In this document: piece after piece, positions 62,957-64,000 of the stretch
How positions within the stretch are numbered: position 1 is the first letter of the stretch
Layout of the letters: the number at the start of each line of letters is the position of its first letter
NCBI GenBank assembly: GCA_030610945.1
Contig: JAUWQV010000001.1
Location: 124,246-188,245, forward strand
DNA from: Methanocellales archaeon
GTDB taxonomy: Archaea > Halobacteriota > UBA148 > JAUWXC01
Direction: 5' to 3'
Length of the DNA: 64,000 bases
Made by a program: the position numbers and the translations under genes
Notes under the pieces: generated by a model
Databases searched by the model: none
Seen by the model: the letters and a program-made list of their open reading frames with translations, nothing else
Told to the model about the DNA's origin: nothing

Positions 62957-63073
62957 TGCCCCAGCCGGGATTTGAACCCGGGTCTTAGACTGTCTGCACA
63001 GACTTTTGATCAAACTTTTTAGTAAAAAGTTTGTGCCGCAGGCCTAAAGGATAGTCCACTACCCTACTAGGGC
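62957..63073 (-). tRNA. tRNA-Arg(GCG) with a 44-nt intron at the canonical 37/38 position
   Basis: Hand-folded. Acceptor GCCCUAG/CUGGGGC, D arm GGGU-AGUGGACUA-UCCU, anticodon stem UAGGC/GUCUA, loop CU-GCG-G...A, T arm CCGGG-UUCAAAU-CCCGG, discriminator A, no encoded CCA. The intron is 63035-62992. The bulge-helix-bulge has central helix CUGC/GCAG flanked by the 3-nt bulges GGC and ACA. Confidence 0.8.
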
Positions 63074-63115
63074 GCATTATACTATCACATTGTAACATTC
63101 ATAAACCTGTCGCGG

Positions 63116-64000
63116 TCATTTGTCCAGCGTTCTCACAATTCTAGCGATGTCGTCCCCCACGTCCGATGTTTTGGATGCGCCGCCCATATCAGGCGTCCTG
63201 ACTTTGCCCTCTTTGATGTTTTGCCCTATCGCCCTCAGCACAGAGCCTGTTGCCTCTTTCTCGCCCAGGTGTTCTAACAGCATCGCACCGGCCCAGATTG
63301 TAGCAATTGGATTTGCCTTCTGCATGCCCTTGTACTTTGGCGCAGAACCATGAATTGGCTCAAACATGCTCGTTCCCTCAGGATTGATGTTTCCACCCGG
63401 CGCGAGCCCCATACCGCCCTGAATCATCGCGCCCAAATCGGTGATGATGTCACCAAACATGTTAGGCGTAACCACCACATCGAACCACTCTGGATTCTTC
63501 ACGAACCACATTGTAATCGCATCCACATAGTTAAAGTCGGTCTTAACATCAGGATAGCCAGTCGCAACCTTCCTGAAAATCTCGCGCCAGAAGCCGTATA
63601 TGTCTGGCAGCACATTCGCCTTGTCAACGCTGGAAAGATGTTTTTTCCTCTCCCTGGAGAGTTCGAACGCATATCGAATGACGCGTTCTGTGCCTTTCCT
63701 GCTAATCAGCCCAATCTGATATGCGATTTCATCAGCATCCGAATCGATATCGATGTCAAACTTGACCTTGTATAATTTCCGCACAACTTCCAATTCTTGA
63801 TGGGTCCTGCCCTCTTTTGCCCCACCGCCAATTCCAATATAGAAATCTTCAGTATTCTCCCTCACGACGACGAAGTCAATGTCATCAGGTCCCTTGTCCT
63901 TCAAAGGCGTCCAGATGCCCTCTAACAACTTGATGGGTCTGAGATTGATGTACTGGTCGAAGTAAAATCGCATCGCCAGTAGAATACCCTTTTCCAGTAT
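63116..64000 (-). CDS. 3-isopropylmalate / homoisocitrate dehydrogenase family protein (C-terminal part; N-terminus beyond window end)
   Basis: [24 protein letters not shown] and [18 protein letters not shown] motifs of beta-decarboxylating dehydrogenases. LeuB and AksF cannot be separated by eye. Confidence 0.85.
   Translation of the reverse strand: MLEKGILLAMRFYFDQYINLRPIKLLEGIWTPLKDKGPDDIDFVVVRENTEDFYIGIGGGAKEGRTHQELEVVRKLYKVKFDIDIDSDADEIAYQIGLISRKGTERVIRYAFELSRERKKHLSSVDKANVLPDIYGFWREIFRKVATGYPDVKTDFNYVDAITMWFVKNPEWFDVVVTPNMFGDIITDLGAMIQGGMGLAPGGNINPEGTSMFEPIHGSAPKYKGMQKANPIATIWAGAMLLEHLGEKEATGSVLRAIGQNIKEGKVRTPDMGGASKTSDVGDDIARIVRTLDK

Overview
This window is archaeal chromosomal DNA. 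The gene content (mer, cofE, an nrdDG operon, an archaeal histone, TBP, membrane-bound LonB, a CetZ-type tubulin, PGF-CTERM surface proteins, and a tRNA with a bulge-helix-bulge intron) points to a methanogen or ANME-like member of the Methanomicrobia/Methanosarcinales. That lineage call is an inference, not a search result.

Positions 1-41,000 and 56,200-64,000 are densely packed housekeeping genes with a strong RNA/tRNA-processing flavour: leuS, nob1, thiI, cca, thpR, rnz, trm11, rtcA and kptA. The rest are cofactor and nucleotide metabolism genes.

Positions 41,044-56,135 form an accessory island. By eye it looks AT-richer than its flanks. It holds about 13 type II toxin-antitoxin modules, several of them decayed, plus two paralogous PGF-CTERM surface-protein genes, an unusual acylphosphatase-like protein with heptad repeats, and a complete IS200/IS605 element (tnpA+tnpB).

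The most unusual signals, in order of interest:
1. A 51-bp double-hairpin element sits in-frame, but in different reading frames, inside two unrelated toxin genes (41284-41334 and 43263-43313). The stems show compensatory base changes.
2. A 55-70 bp intergenic repeat occurs three times in direct orientation and partitions part of the island into cassettes.
3. A tightly coupled four-gene operon pairs cetZ with a PRC-barrel protein, an unknown coiled-coil protein and a signal-peptide/TM-anchored protein.

No CRISPR array and no rRNA gene were seen. All protein-family calls come from motif recognition by eye. Start codons are approximate wherever the ORF track over-extends.
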